Assembly: GCA_035193785.1 (NCBI GenBank)
Contig: CP136572.1
Location: 1,408,001 to 1,472,000, forward strand
Direction: 5' to 3'
From: Planktothrix sp. GU0601_MAG3
Lineage (GTDB): Bacteria > Cyanobacteriota > Cyanobacteriia > Cyanobacteriales > Microcoleaceae
Length of the DNA: 64,000 nucleotides
The translations under genes were made by a program, and so were the position numbers. Shown here piece by piece: positions 35,285 through 46,382 of this stretch (its first letter is position 1; each line of letters opens with the position of its first letter). The notes beneath the pieces were generated by a model. It searched no databases. It was given only the letters and a program-made list of their open reading frames with translations, and had not been told where the DNA came from.

Positions 35285-37022
35285 CTAGTTTTTCAAGGGA
35301 ATAGTTAGAGGAGAATAGGGAAGACCCGGATCTGTTCCATAGTTAGGTGCTGAGTTAATCGGGGCGGTTTCTTCTGAAAGAATAGGAGATGTTGATTCTA
35401 CCTGGGGGGTAGGTTCTGTGTAATAATCAGGAGCAGATTGTTCGGAAACATAACCTCCACCTTCGGCGGATGGAATCTCAGGCGGTAGCGTCCCGGCTTC
35501 ATTTTGAGGGTAACTTGGTTCGGGAGGGGTGTAGGGAACAACCGTTGAATAATTATCATCAGAATAGCCAGTTACGGGAGTTTCCGCTTCAGTGGGAGAG
35601 AGTAAATATTCATCTAATTTAGATTCATCCGTTGAGGGAATTTCTTCCTGGGTTTCAGCTACAATACCAGAATCACTATATTGATCAACGGGCGATTCTT
35701 CCTCGGTTTTTGCTTCTAAATCCGCCGGTTTTGGTGTTGGGTAATCTCCATCTTCTAAGGGTTCTTCAACCGAACGTTGGGGGGCTACTTCACTCGGAGC
35801 TTGAGTTTGAATGGAGGGATTTTCAAACATCGGTTTCCGTGGAATCTAAATTGGTAAAGGGATGATTGATCTGAATCTTGGTTTTCTGACTAACAATATA
35901 TCCATAACGACGGGTCAAATCAAACCCAACCCAACCAAAAAATAAAGAGGTGATTAAGAATAAAATCGGAACTAAAAAACCCAAGGAAGGGGTATATTCC
36001 ATGGGTTCCCATTGGGGAATTGGGACAGAAACAGGTGGAATTTTGGGTTGGGGATGGGGCGGGGTAACGGCTACAAATACTGGGGTTTCAACTACAGATT
36101 TCACCGCCACAGGTTCGGGTTTCGGGGGGACAATAACCGGGTTCGGTTGAATCAAAGTATTAGGAGATTGAATTACCGTAGTAGTTGCTTCAATTGGTAA
36201 AAAAGCGATCCACTGATCAACATTTTGAGGCCGTCGTGCGGGTTCAATTTCTAATCCCCAATAGATCAACCGTTCCACCACGACACTAAGGGTGGGTTGA
36301 ATTCGCCTCAAACTAGGTTTAGTCGCGTTGAGTAACTCCTGTGTGGCTTCATTGACTCGTAGGGGGGCTTCTAAGGGCGGTTCACCCGTTAATAAATAAT
36401 AGAGTATGGCCGACAAACTATAAATATCCGTTGCCGGAGTTAATTGTTGATGGGGAAGATAATGTTCTAGGGGTGCGTAACCTACGGACAAAACCCGGTT
36501 ACGGATGGGAAACTCCGGGCGATGCTGGATAAACCCATTGGTTAAACCAAAATCAACTAGGGTGAGGATATTTCCCTGACATCGGATATTTTGGGGTTGG
36601 AGATTACAGTGGAGTAAACCCTGTTGATGGAGTTTTCGCAAGGCCGAAGAAATCTGACTAATATAGTTTATGGCTTGACTCACCGATATCCTGGGACTCG
36701 ATTGTAGGGTTTCTTCTAGGGTTTTCCCAGGAAGATAATTCATTACCATATAGGGTAAACCCTGTTCTTCAAATAGGTCTAGGACACGGACAATATTCGG
36801 GTGGTGACACTGAGTCAAACCCTGAGCAAAGGTGATAAATTGTCGCTTAATTTTGGGAAAATCAACGGAGGCCATGAATTTCGGATGGAGGGTTTTAATC
36901 ACCACCGTTTGATTCGTCAGAGGGTGAGTACCTTGGTAAGTTATACCAAACTCCCCGCGACCGAGAACCGCATCAATCCGATATTTGCCGTTCTGGAGAA
37001 CCGTTTCCTGCGTTAGATTCAT
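35285..37022 (-). CDS. Ser/Thr kinase-like membrane protein with acidic Pro-rich C-terminus (apparent frameshift at 35833-35837)
   Basis: LGRGEFGITY, HPNIVRV, DFG, GYAPLE; catalytic loop degenerate (HCNLQPQN). Confidence 0.85.
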
Positions 37023-37157
37023 TGCTTAATCACCAACTCCCCACCGTTTATTATCCGCCCATACCAGAACGAAACCATCGTTTTAGTAGAGTCTACTTTC
37101 AGTTCTGGGATTGTAGCGCCTCTGTGGGATGATCGCCAACTCTCCCCAGGGTTGAAG

Positions 37158-37476
37158 CTAGAACTCCTCGATCATCCATTCCGAAGATCTCTCGCCTAAA
37201 TCGAGGGGAATACTCACGGCTTTTCCTAAACGGGGTTTTTCCCGGGTATTTAGAATATGATTTCTTACCTGTTTCCGTACTTCCCCAACTATTTAAGTGG
37301 TTGGCGATCGCATTCAAATGGGCGATATAATCGGCTTCATCCAGGGGAAAGGATAATTGTTCCAAATATTTCCACATAATTTGTAGAAATATTTTACCCC
37401 TTGTCCGGCGCAGTTGAATATCGTAGGACACGCCCCATTTATTTAATAACAATTGACGGATATCTTCACCAGTCAT
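37158..37476 (-). CDS. DUF3067 family protein (apparent frameshift at 37271)
   Basis: LLLNKWGVSYDIQLRR..GKIFLQIMWKYLEQLSFPL; repaired end PRLGKAVSIPLDLGERSSEW. Confidence 0.85.
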
Positions 37477-37507
37477 AGTTGCGATTAACTCCCTAGATAC
37501 AGATCCA

Positions 37508-38995
37508 TTAACTACCAATTCCCAACCCGGTAGCTAAGGCGGGGGTGAGGGGAAATAGGGTTAAAATCATAAACAAGAAAACCAATAATCCCAAGGCGGC
37601 ACGGGCATCATTGGGTTCAGTTAATTCATTGGAACTCGGTCTTTCTAAATTTCGTTGTAAAATCAAAATTACTAAGGCCCAATAGAGAGCTAATGGATTA
37701 GAGAGAGAGGCGATCGCTAAAACAATAAAAGTAGCAATAGTTGAACGTCCGGCAATTTTCCGGCCATAAATCGCCTGCATCATTCGTCCCCCATCTAACT
37801 GTCCGGCTGGCATTAAATTCAAAGCCGTAATCACTAACCCAAACCAACCAATTAAGGTGAGCAGATGCACGTTAACGCTGGCTTGATGCAGTTGGGAACC
37901 TAAAATTAATCGAGATAACATTCCAACTAAGACCGAGCCCTGAAAAAATTCCGTTGGCACTTGAAAAGCACTGCCCGGATGGGATAAAAATAACCCCGTA
38001 ATTAATAGGAATAACGATAGGGTTCCGGCGGCTGCCGGGCCAGCAAAAGCCACATCAAATAACACCGTCCGGTTAGGTAATACGGATTCAAACCGATTAA
38101 AGGCTCCAAAACTGCCAATTTGAACCGTAGGAATAAAAAACGGCCAACTAAATTTAATATCATAACGTTTTGCCATGACTTGATGGGCGATTTCATGGGT
38201 AAATAAAACCGCTAAAATTCCGAGGGCGATGGGGATAATTTCCGGGTAACGGGTTAAATTTTCCGAAAAATCGAATCCTAATAATAAACCTCCCGCTTCA
38301 AAAATTGTTCCCACCGTCATTAAAAATAAAATAATCGCTAAAATTTTTTGAGGAATTGAAGTGGTTAGGGGTTCATTGGTTTGGGGTAGAACAATCACAA
38401 CGGGTTTGCCATCGGGATTATCTACTAAAAATAATCGTAAGCGATCGCCAATTCTTTTTTTTAAATTTGCCGATAATTGTTGATAGGCAGTTTCTGGATC
38501 ACTGCGAAGATTTCCTTTAAAAATCACCCCATCTTGATAGGGAATGGTTTCCGTGGCAAAAAAGGTATCAATGCCAAAAATACCCTGAATAATTTTCAGG
38601 TCTTCTGGGGATAACGGCACCGAGCGCAGGTTTAAAACCGGATCGGAAGTTGGAGAAGGTTGAGGCCCCGGTGGCTGGGGGGGTGGATTTTCTGAAAGTT
38701 CGGGTTTCGGCCCAGAGGCTGAATCTTGATCCGCCACTTCCCTGAGTCGTCGGCCAATCATAATATATAATCCGGTCGAAGCCACGAATAAAAATAAAAG
38801 ACTCACCAAATTGAGGTAAATTCCCGCCGCCGCCAAGCAAAAAAACAGCAACCCAGGAGACATTAAAGCCACGGATTGCAACCAGGACAACAAACCCAGT
38901 TTCCCATAGGGTAAGGCCCGATAATACCCCCAACCCAGGACACCCAGGGCTATCAGGAGGACGAGAATAGTGGTGTTATCAGATGCAGTAAACAT
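37508..38995 (-). CDS. site-2 protease (M50) family membrane metalloprotease
   Basis: HEIAH, AGP, NLMPAGQLDGG. Confidence 0.92.
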   Translation of the reverse strand: MFTASDNTTILVLLIALGVLGWGYYRALPYGKLGLLSWLQSVALMSPGLLFFCLAAAGIYLNLVSLLFLFVASTGLYIMIGRRLREVADQDSASGPKPELSENPPPQPPGPQPSPTSDPVLNLRSVPLSPEDLKIIQGIFGIDTFFATETIPYQDGVIFKGNLRSDPETAYQQLSANLKKRIGDRLRLFLVDNPDGKPVVIVLPQTNEPLTTSIPQKILAIILFLMTVGTIFEAGGLLLGFDFSENLTRYPEIIPIALGILAVLFTHEIAHQVMAKRYDIKFSWPFFIPTVQIGSFGAFNRFESVLPNRTVLFDVAFAGPAAAGTLSLFLLITGLFLSHPGSAFQVPTEFFQGSVLVGMLSRLILGSQLHQASVNVHLLTLIGWFGLVITALNLMPAGQLDGGRMMQAIYGRKIAGRSTIATFIVLAIASLSNPLALYWALVILILQRNLERPSSNELTEPNDARAALGLLVFLFMILTLFPLTPALATGLGIGS

Positions 38996-39085
38996 TATTG
39001 ACCTTAATTTTGAGCTCGAAAGGCGATCACCTTGAGAATTCATTGTATCCCAGTCCATTCCACCCAACTCCAATCCAACCAGTAA

Positions 39086-40382
39086 TCAAGGCATTGTCGG
39101 AATCGTATTCAGGTCTTTGGGGTGGGCATTGATATCTTCCTGGGAAATGAAATCGGGATTTGTCGCTAAAATTGCTTTGGCTTCTGCCATATCTCGGCGG
39201 GTCGCTTCCCGCAGTTGTTCCCGCAGGGCGGGCATGGCGGCCAAAGCCCTTGTCCAGTCGGGAATTTCAGCCGTGACCGGATTTTGAAAGAATTCTTGAC
39301 CCGCTTCGGCGATCACTTTTTCAAAGACATCAATGATCGCTTCTTCGTGATGACGGTCATATTGCATATTATTAAACCGAGCATCGACAAAATATTGGCG
39401 GGTAAAATCCTGGGCTTCCCGTTTGAATTTAATCCGTAGGGTGTGAATTTGTTCCCGGGTCACCACCACCCGTTTCAGTTTCGATTAAGGTACGCAAAAT
39501 TGACCGGAGAATATCGGCGCACATTTTGCGTAGTCCTTCCTGGGAGGATTGACCAATGGTTTGATGTTTATGGTCGAAGTTGCCTAAATCAATTTGAGCA
39601 ATTCTTTGGGGGACAATATTGCGATAAACCTCCGCTAATAAACCAATTTCTAGGCCCCAATTGCTGGGAATTCGAGTATTGAGGGCGATATCATTGGTTA
39701 GGGCAAATTCCCCCGATAGGGGATAACGATAGGCACTTAAATAGCGGAGATAATTGTTATAGCCATATAAATCCATTAGTGCCACCAATAACGGGGTAAT
39801 AAATAGACGCATTACCCGACCATGGAAACTTCTGGGTTCGCCGCCCAATCGGGCATAATAGGCTTTATTAAAGGAAATTCCCAGTTCTTTTTCTAGGAGG
39901 GGAAATAATAATTTTAGGGGATAGGATTTATCGTAGGTAATGATATCAGCATCGTGAAGCGCGATCACTTCGGCTTGCAGGGAGGCCACTCCCAAACCAA
40001 TCCAAACCGCCCGACCTTTGCCTTTGAAGCTCATTAGGTCTAGGCCTTTTTCCCGCAATTTTTCTAAAAGTTGGTTAACTCTTGGGCTATTTTCCCAAAT
40101 TACCAGGGTGGGCTGGGGTAAAACACTGAAAAAATGAACGGCTTTTGTATATTCTTCTAGGGTTTTAGCATATAGACAGACCACAATGGTATTAACGAAA
40201 TGACACTCTTTGAGGCAATCTCGAATCCGGGTTAAAGCGGGCCGTTCCAGTTCCTCGTATAAGGCGGGAATCAAGACGGCCGTGGGGCAAGTTTCACAAA
40301 GTTGGATAAGTCGGGCTTCTAATAAGTCGAGATCGCAACCAAAGTCATGAATTGTGGTAATTAATTCTTGTTTATAGTCCAT
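39086..40382 (-). CDS. gpgS: glucosyl-3-phosphoglycerate synthase (apparent frameshift at 39472-39476)
   Basis: MDY.QE.ITTIHD, GKGRAVW, LHDADI, KAYYAR, GRVMRLF, YPLSGEFA, WGLEIG, DHKHQ. Confidence 0.85.
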
Positions 40383-40440
40383 TATGGTGACCCAACTCCC
40401 AAGATAGCCAGCGACTTATAGAGTCCATCTATGTTAACAC

Positions 40441-41241
40441 TCAATGACGAAAAAGTATAGAATTTTTTACAGAAAAACGAACAATGACTGGAAAATGATC
40501 CGACGGCCAAATGTCTTCTATTTGATTAACGTCGATATTTACAGATTCTAATAACATCCGATGATCATAATAAATTGTATCAACGGCGGCGATCGCTTCA
40601 CCTGTAAAATCATGAAAAGTCTGTTGAGATTCTAAGGGAATATCGGATAAACTATCTAATAATTGAATTCCGTTAGCCAGGGGTTGTAATAAAGCATTTC
40701 TTTCTTCACTATTGGGCTCGGCGTTAAAGTCTCCGGTTAATATTAGTAAAGAATATTCCGGGTTAACTTGATTTAGGTATTTTTGAATTAAAGGAATACT
40801 CAATTTTCGAGATCCTTGACTATAATAATCTAAATGGGTATTAAAAACGGTGATTTTTTGTTGGGTTTCCCTGGAAATAAATACTCCCCAACTCACCAGT
40901 TTAGGGGTGGAATTTCCCCATTCTGAACTAATACTTCCGACTAATTTAGGAGTATCACTTAACCAGAAATTTTTTGATTCAATACATTGGAACTTTTTAG
41001 TTTGATAAAAAATAGCACAATGTTCTCCAGTTCCATTGCCAATTTGATCCGTCCCAACACTTTGATATTGGGGTAATAATCTGTGTAAATCTAAGATTTG
41101 ATGGGCTTTTCCTTCCTGGGTTCCAATAATATCGGGTTCATATTTTTCAATTAATTTTGCAATTGCATAACGGCGAAATTTCCAGTCATTGTTGCCTTTA
41201 TCTGGCTTATCATAACGGAGATTTAAAGTTATAATTTTCAT
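40441..41241 (-). CDS. endonuclease/exonuclease/phosphatase family protein
   Basis: TLNLRYD, GTQE, NTHLD, GDFN, SDHFPV. Confidence 0.9.
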   Translation of the reverse strand: MKIITLNLRYDKPDKGNNDWKFRRYAIAKLIEKYEPDIIGTQEGKAHQILDLHRLLPQYQSVGTDQIGNGTGEHCAIFYQTKKFQCIESKNFWLSDTPKLVGSISSEWGNSTPKLVSWGVFISRETQQKITVFNTHLDYYSQGSRKLSIPLIQKYLNQVNPEYSLLILTGDFNAEPNSEERNALLQPLANGIQLLDSLSDIPLESQQTFHDFTGEAIAAVDTIYYDHRMLLESVNIDVNQIEDIWPSDHFPVIVRFSVKNSILFRH

Positions 41242-41250
41242 GGGTTTTGA

Positions 41251-42674
41251 TTAAAGCGATCGCCTCCAATTAAAAAACCGTTCTAAAAGCGTTTGTTGCC
41301 AAGTATTAGCCGCATATTTTTGTTTTTGTAACAATAACGCTGCTTTACTATTAACTTCCGATAAAGTCGGATAAATATGAATCCCGGTTAAAGCAGAAAC
41401 CTTCAAACCATGAGACATGGCTAAAACAATTTCATGAATTAACTCTCCGGCGGATGCACCGACTAAATGAGCACCTAAAATTTCACCATTACTGCGAGTA
41501 ATAATTTTAGCAAATCCTAGGGTTTTTGCTTCAGCAATGGCGCGATCAACTCCGGCAAAAGGTTGTTTTAAAACACAAATATCCTCCCCATACTGTTCCT
41601 TTGCTTGTTGTTTCTGTTAACCCAACTCTAGCTAATTCAGGATCGGTAAAAGTCGCCCAAGGAATCACCCGATAGTTAACTTTACTGATGGGAAAAAATA
41701 GGGCATTCGTTAACACCACAACCGCCTCATATCCAGCAACATGAGTAAATTGATACCCCCCAATCACATCACCGCAAGCGTAAATATACGGATTAGTTGT
41801 TTGGAGTTTCTCATTAACTTCAATCCCCGATTGATTAATAGTAACACCCGCCGCTTCCAAATTCAAGGATTCAATATTGGGAACTCGTCCCACAGAAACT
41901 AAAATTTCATCGGCTAAAATGATATTGTTCCCAGCAATAATTTTCTTTTTGCCATTTTCAATTTCTATGCGTTCGGCTTTGGTATTATTTAAAATAACAA
42001 TATTTTCCGATAATAATTGCTCTTGAACTACCTTTGCAGCTTCGGGATCTTCTTTCGGTAAAATCTGATTTCGACTAGATAAAATTGTCACCTTTGACCC
42101 TAAACGCGCAAAGGCTTGTCCCAGTTCGCAGCCTATGGGCCCTCCTCCAAAAATTGCTAAGGATTCGGGACAATTTTGTATAGAAAAAACCTGTTCATTG
42201 GTGAGAAAACCCGCTTGATTCAACCCGGGAATATTAGGAATAGCTGGACGGGAACCCGTGGCAATTATAAAGGCTCTAGCAGTTAGTTTTCGTCCGTTAA
42301 TACTGAAGGTTTTCTTATCTAAAAATTTACCGTCTCCAAAAATAACCTCAACTCCCAAAGATTCAAACCGTTCGGGAGAATCATGGGGTTGAATAGTAGA
42401 AATAACCTGTTGAACATGACTTGCAGCTTTGGCAAAATTAATGTTATAATTATCAGTATAAATCCCAAATTTAGCCGCGTTTTTAACTTCATAAGCCACC
42501 CGGGAAGCATGAATTAAAGACTTACTAGGAACACAACCAAACCATAAACAATCCCCCCCTAGGCGATCGCGTTCTATTAGGGCAACTTTTGCTTTTAATT
42601 GAGCCGCCGCACTAGCAACCACTAACCCCCCAGAAACCACCTCCAATCACTACCAAGTCATAGTCAACGGCCAT
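41251..42674 (-). CDS. class I pyridine nucleotide-disulfide oxidoreductase (apparent frameshifts at 41610 and 42633)
   Basis: VVIGGGSGG, GGDCLWFGCVPSK, GGGPIGCE, TFTDPELARVG, HIYPTLSE. Confidence 0.9.
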
Positions 42675-42693
42675 AATTTTACCTTTAAATTTT

Positions 42694-42956
42694 AGAAGCC
42701 GGATTTCTTCGGCTATCTTTCTATTATGCAGCAAAGGTTAAGGCAAAAACCCGATTTCTCGAAATACTTATAGGTACTCAGAAATCGGGTTTCTTCAGCT
42801 ATCTTTATATTATGCAGCAAAGGTTAAGGCAAAAACCCGATTTATCGAAATACTTATAGGTACTCAGAAATCGGGTTTCTTCAGCTATCTTTCTATTATG
42901 CAGCAAAGGTTAAGGCAGAAACCCGATTTCTCAGAATACTTATAGGTACTCAGAAA
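42694..42956. repeat. 3 x 86-bp tandem repeat built around AAACCCGATTTCT / AGAAATCGGGTTTCT palindromic elements
   Basis: TATTATGCAGCAAAGG recurs at 42722, 42808 and 42894. Confidence 0.93.
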
Positions 42957-43069
42957 AATAATTGCAGATTTAGAACAATTTGGGGCAGTATTTAATTTAT
43001 CTGGCAGTATTGGAGGAATTACAAATCGAGTTAATTTATTGATTTTTGAGAGTTAATTAATAATAAAAA

Positions 43070-43127
43070 GGGGCGGGTTTAGTTAGATTATTGATGGGTA
43101 TTTAAGATCTTGGCGAACCCGCCCCTA
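43070..43127. repeat. REP-like inverted repeat GGGGCGGGTT...AACCCGCCCCTAC
   Basis: Same family at 47678-47842 and 49464-49595. Confidence 0.85.
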
Positions 43128-43245
43128 CGGGAATTATATTGAATTAAGCGGAGAGAAAATCGGATGAAGAATAGCGAATTGTGCTATTAGCTGTGGATAC
43201 ATTGCCAGATGATGATTTTTCATGCAAGTTTATTCCTATGTTTTC

Positions 43246-43395
43246 CTACTTAGGATCACAAGAATAGCAGCCGTCTTTTGTTTGTTCGCAGCAAACTGTA
43301 CTAGCAGATGCAATACCCAAAGATCTCCACCCCAAACTAGGGGTTACAAATAATAAAATTAGGCTAAATATAATTAGCTTGAATGGGTTATTCAT
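43246..43395 (-). CDS. small secreted cysteine-rich peptide (49 aa)
   Basis: MNNPFKLIIFSLILLFVTPSLGWRSLGIASA-STVCCEQTKDGCYSCDPK: signal-like N-terminus with ASA site, 4 Cys. Confidence 0.55.
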   Translation of the reverse strand: MNNPFKLIIFSLILLFVTPSLGWRSLGIASASTVCCEQTKDGCYSCDPK

Positions 43396-43599
43396 GGTGT
43401 TTAAAGATTGATTGATTGATTGTGTTTGCAATTACCAGATTAAAACTTACTTGTTTAATTGTCGGTAGATGAAAGTTAGTGATTTAAAAGTTAATTTAGG
43501 TAAGGGAAAACTTTGTTTGAGGGATTCAAAGTTAATTAAAGTCAATCAAAGTGAGTTATAGTTATTATTTCAAGCTGTAACTTACCACCAGATAGACCG

Positions 43600-45007
43600 A
43601 TGGACATTAATTCAGTATTGGAGTTTATCAGTTCACAACTGATGGCTAATAAGCTCAAAACCTTGAGTACCCTGGAAACTACTATCTTGAAAGAGGCGTG
43701 GAGGGGTAAAGATGGCAAAAGTTATGACGAAATTGGAAATAGCGAGTACCTTGATGGTGGAAGTGTTAAGACGGCTGCATACAAACTTTGGCAGAGATTA
43801 TCAACACTATGTGCAGAAAAGATAAATCGGGATAATGTGCAAGCGGTAGTAGAGCGTTACTATAATAAAGTTGGTTTAGCCGAGGCTAATGTGCCGATTA
43901 ATAGCTCATTAACTGTTAATATTGGGACAATTGAGTCAGAAGATCACAGAAAATGCAATCAATTTGAAATTACTTTAAGAGAGAAAACAAATTGGGAGCA
44001 AAAAAAGTTATTTGGTATTAATAAAATCCTTGAGCAACTCAGAGATAATCTCCAAACTCGTGATGATTATTGGTTGATGAGTATTACGGGTGCTGGGGGA
44101 ATCGGAAAAACTTCTTTGACTGAAAAATTAGTGGGTGAATATGCTGCTGATGCAGGTTTTTTTAAGTTGGCTTGGACTATGGCTAAAAGGACTTATTCTT
44201 TAGAAACCTAATATGTCAGTTAAAAAAGACAACAATAAAAAAGATACCAATACAGATTACATGATCTATGATATCGCTTCACAACTAGACATTAATTTAC
44301 CTCCTGCAAATCAAGATTATTTTTTAGCTCTGCAAAGAAAATTAACATCCGAACCTTATTTAATTGTTATTGATAATTTAGAAACATTACCCGAATATCA
44401 AAAGCTTTTAGCTAGATTTAATCCTTTTGACCCAATGTGCAATATTAGACCCAGTAAAGTCATATTTACTTCTCGTAAAGATCTAAAAGCTAATAATTTT
44501 GCAGTCAGAGAAATTAAGTTACCTGGTATAGATAAGTCAGCGACTTTAGAGATGATTCGATACCAAGGTCAAGAATTAGATATTGTCAAACAAGCATTAG
44601 ATGAAGAATTAGAGCCAATTTATCAAAAAACAGAGGGTAATCCTTTGATGATTTCATTGGTGATGAACTTATTAAAAATCTATGACGACCCTTTATCCAA
44701 AATTTTTGAACGATTTGAACAAAATCAAGATATTCAAGCGTTTTTATATGAAGAATCTTTAAATTCACTTTCAGATAATGCTCTAATTATTTTAAACTCA
44801 ATGATTAAGTATGCTGCTGGCTATTTAATTCCTAGTTCTGATTTGCAAACAGTATCTAAGTTAAATGATGATGAATTTAGACAAGCAATAACAGAGTGCA
44901 GTCAATTTAACCTTTTAGATAGTAGTCGCAGTCTGAAAGACGAATCACGATATTCAATTCATAGCTTACTTTATGAATTTTTAAGGAGAATTCAAGATGA
45001 ACATTAA
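43600..45007 (+). CDS. wHTH + NB-ARC (STAND) NTPase lacking a C-terminal sensor (apparent frameshift at 44203-44207)
   Basis: N-terminal HTH (ILKEAWRG..SYDEIG...AYKLWQRLS), Walker A GAGGIGKT, Walker B YLIVIDNLE, VIFTSR, EGNPL, RYSIHSLL. Confidence 0.85.
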
Positions 45008-46382
45008 AACAAAAGATCAATCGATTAATCGCCGAGAAAGTTTAAGAAATAGATTGCGTCGGAATGATCTGGAAAATGATCATCATTTGAATCTTCTTTT
45101 AGAAAAGTCTGAGGAGGAAATAGATTTAGCTAATGTGATTACGGCTTTAAAAGATAACTATAAAAATGTCCAATATTTACCACTTTGTTGCCAATTATTA
45201 ACTAAATTTACCAATAAAGCCCTACAAATTTTAGAGAGAACTCAAGAATGGTCTTATGAAATTAAAATTCTTCTAAAAGAATATGAAATAAATTATAAAA
45301 ATCCACCTGCTGGTCTATATTTTGCACAATTCAAATGTTTAACACATTTATCAGTTTCTGATCCTGAAGCGGAATTATCTATCAATAAAGCAATTGCTTT
45401 AGAAACAGATGAATCTCAACAAATTGACTTGAAATTGGCATTGGCAACTTACTATGAAAATAGTAGCCAATATCAAAAAATGAAAAAAATTCTTGATCAG
45501 TCTGAAATCCTATGTAAGCAAAATCCTAATTTAGATCAACAGTTGGCAATGACTTGGCTTTTTTTAGGGCATTACTATTTTTATAGATTCCAATTTAAGG
45601 AATCCAGAGATTATATGAATCAAGCTAAAAATCTTTTAGAGATTATCTGCAAACAGGAAAAAAAAGAAAATATAAAAATTTTAGGATTGTTTGGAAATTG
45701 CTTACATTATTTAGGTCGAGTTTATTTTGCACAGTATGATTTTGTGACCGCGGCTCAACTCTATATTAAAAGTCAACAGATGCTGGAAATCGAAAATTTT
45801 CCTACTAACAAATCTACTTTAGCTGATAGCAACCCAGCCGCAACTGGATTTTATCATCTAAGATTAGGTCAAGTTTTAGAAGCGTGTCAATTGATTGAAA
45901 GTGCAGATTATCACTATCAGCAAAGCCAGAAATTATTTTTTGAGTGCGGTGCTGCTTCAGGTCTAATGCAAGTATCTTTAATTCGAGCAAATTTGATAGG
46001 TAGTTATGTAGATAACTCGACCTTTAACAAAAAAAGTATTTTGGAAAAACAAGTAGAACAAATTAAGAATGCTGCGAAAGATGCACAAGCCATAGGTTAT
46101 AATCGGGGCTATCTTGAAGCCTTATTACGTCTATTATTTCTGTATCTAAAATATGGGAAAATATTAGATTTAATTAAAGTATGTTTTGCTATTGTTACAG
46201 CCTCTGAGTTTTATCAACTTATTAATCCAAATACTTTTATGTCTGGATTCCAACTAGCAATAGGGCTATATGGTATGGGGCCTTATTACATCGCTAAATT
46301 ATACCAAAAGCAAAAGCACAAACCTAGGACTATTCTCACAGTTTGCCCTTGCCACGATCCTGAATGTAGGAAACTTAGATGA
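44997..46382 (+). CDS. TPR-like alpha-solenoid protein with C-terminal CPCHDPEC motif
   Basis: Helical repeats (FLGHYYF, HYLGRVYF..YDF..A, RLGQVLE); AAGGAG SD upstream; 11-nt overlap with the STAND gene. Confidence 0.75.
   Translation: MNIKTKDQSINRRESLRNRLRRNDLENDHHLNLLLEKSEEEIDLANVITALKDNYKNVQYLPLCCQLLTKFTNKALQILERTQEWSYEIKILLKEYEINYKNPPAGLYFAQFKCLTHLSVSDPEAELSINKAIALETDESQQIDLKLALATYYENSSQYQKMKKILDQSEILCKQNPNLDQQLAMTWLFLGHYYFYRFQFKESRDYMNQAKNLLEIICKQEKKENIKILGLFGNCLHYLGRVYFAQYDFVTAAQLYIKSQQMLEIENFPTNKSTLADSNPAATGFYHLRLGQVLEACQLIESADYHYQQSQKLFFECGAASGLMQVSLIRANLIGSYVDNSTFNKKSILEKQVEQIKNAAKDAQAIGYNRGYLEALLRLLFLYLKYGKILDLIKVCFAIVTASEFYQLINPNTFMSGFQLAIGLYGMGPYYIAKLYQKQKHKPRTILTVCPCHDPECRKLR

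Noticed and set aside
41251..42674. Mercuric reductase MerA
   Set aside because: No C-terminal Cys-Cys pair (ends RFFNWRRSL), no N-terminal HMA domain, no mer genes
42694..42956. Possible CRISPR array
   Set aside because: Whole 86-bp units are near-identical tandem copies with no variable spacers
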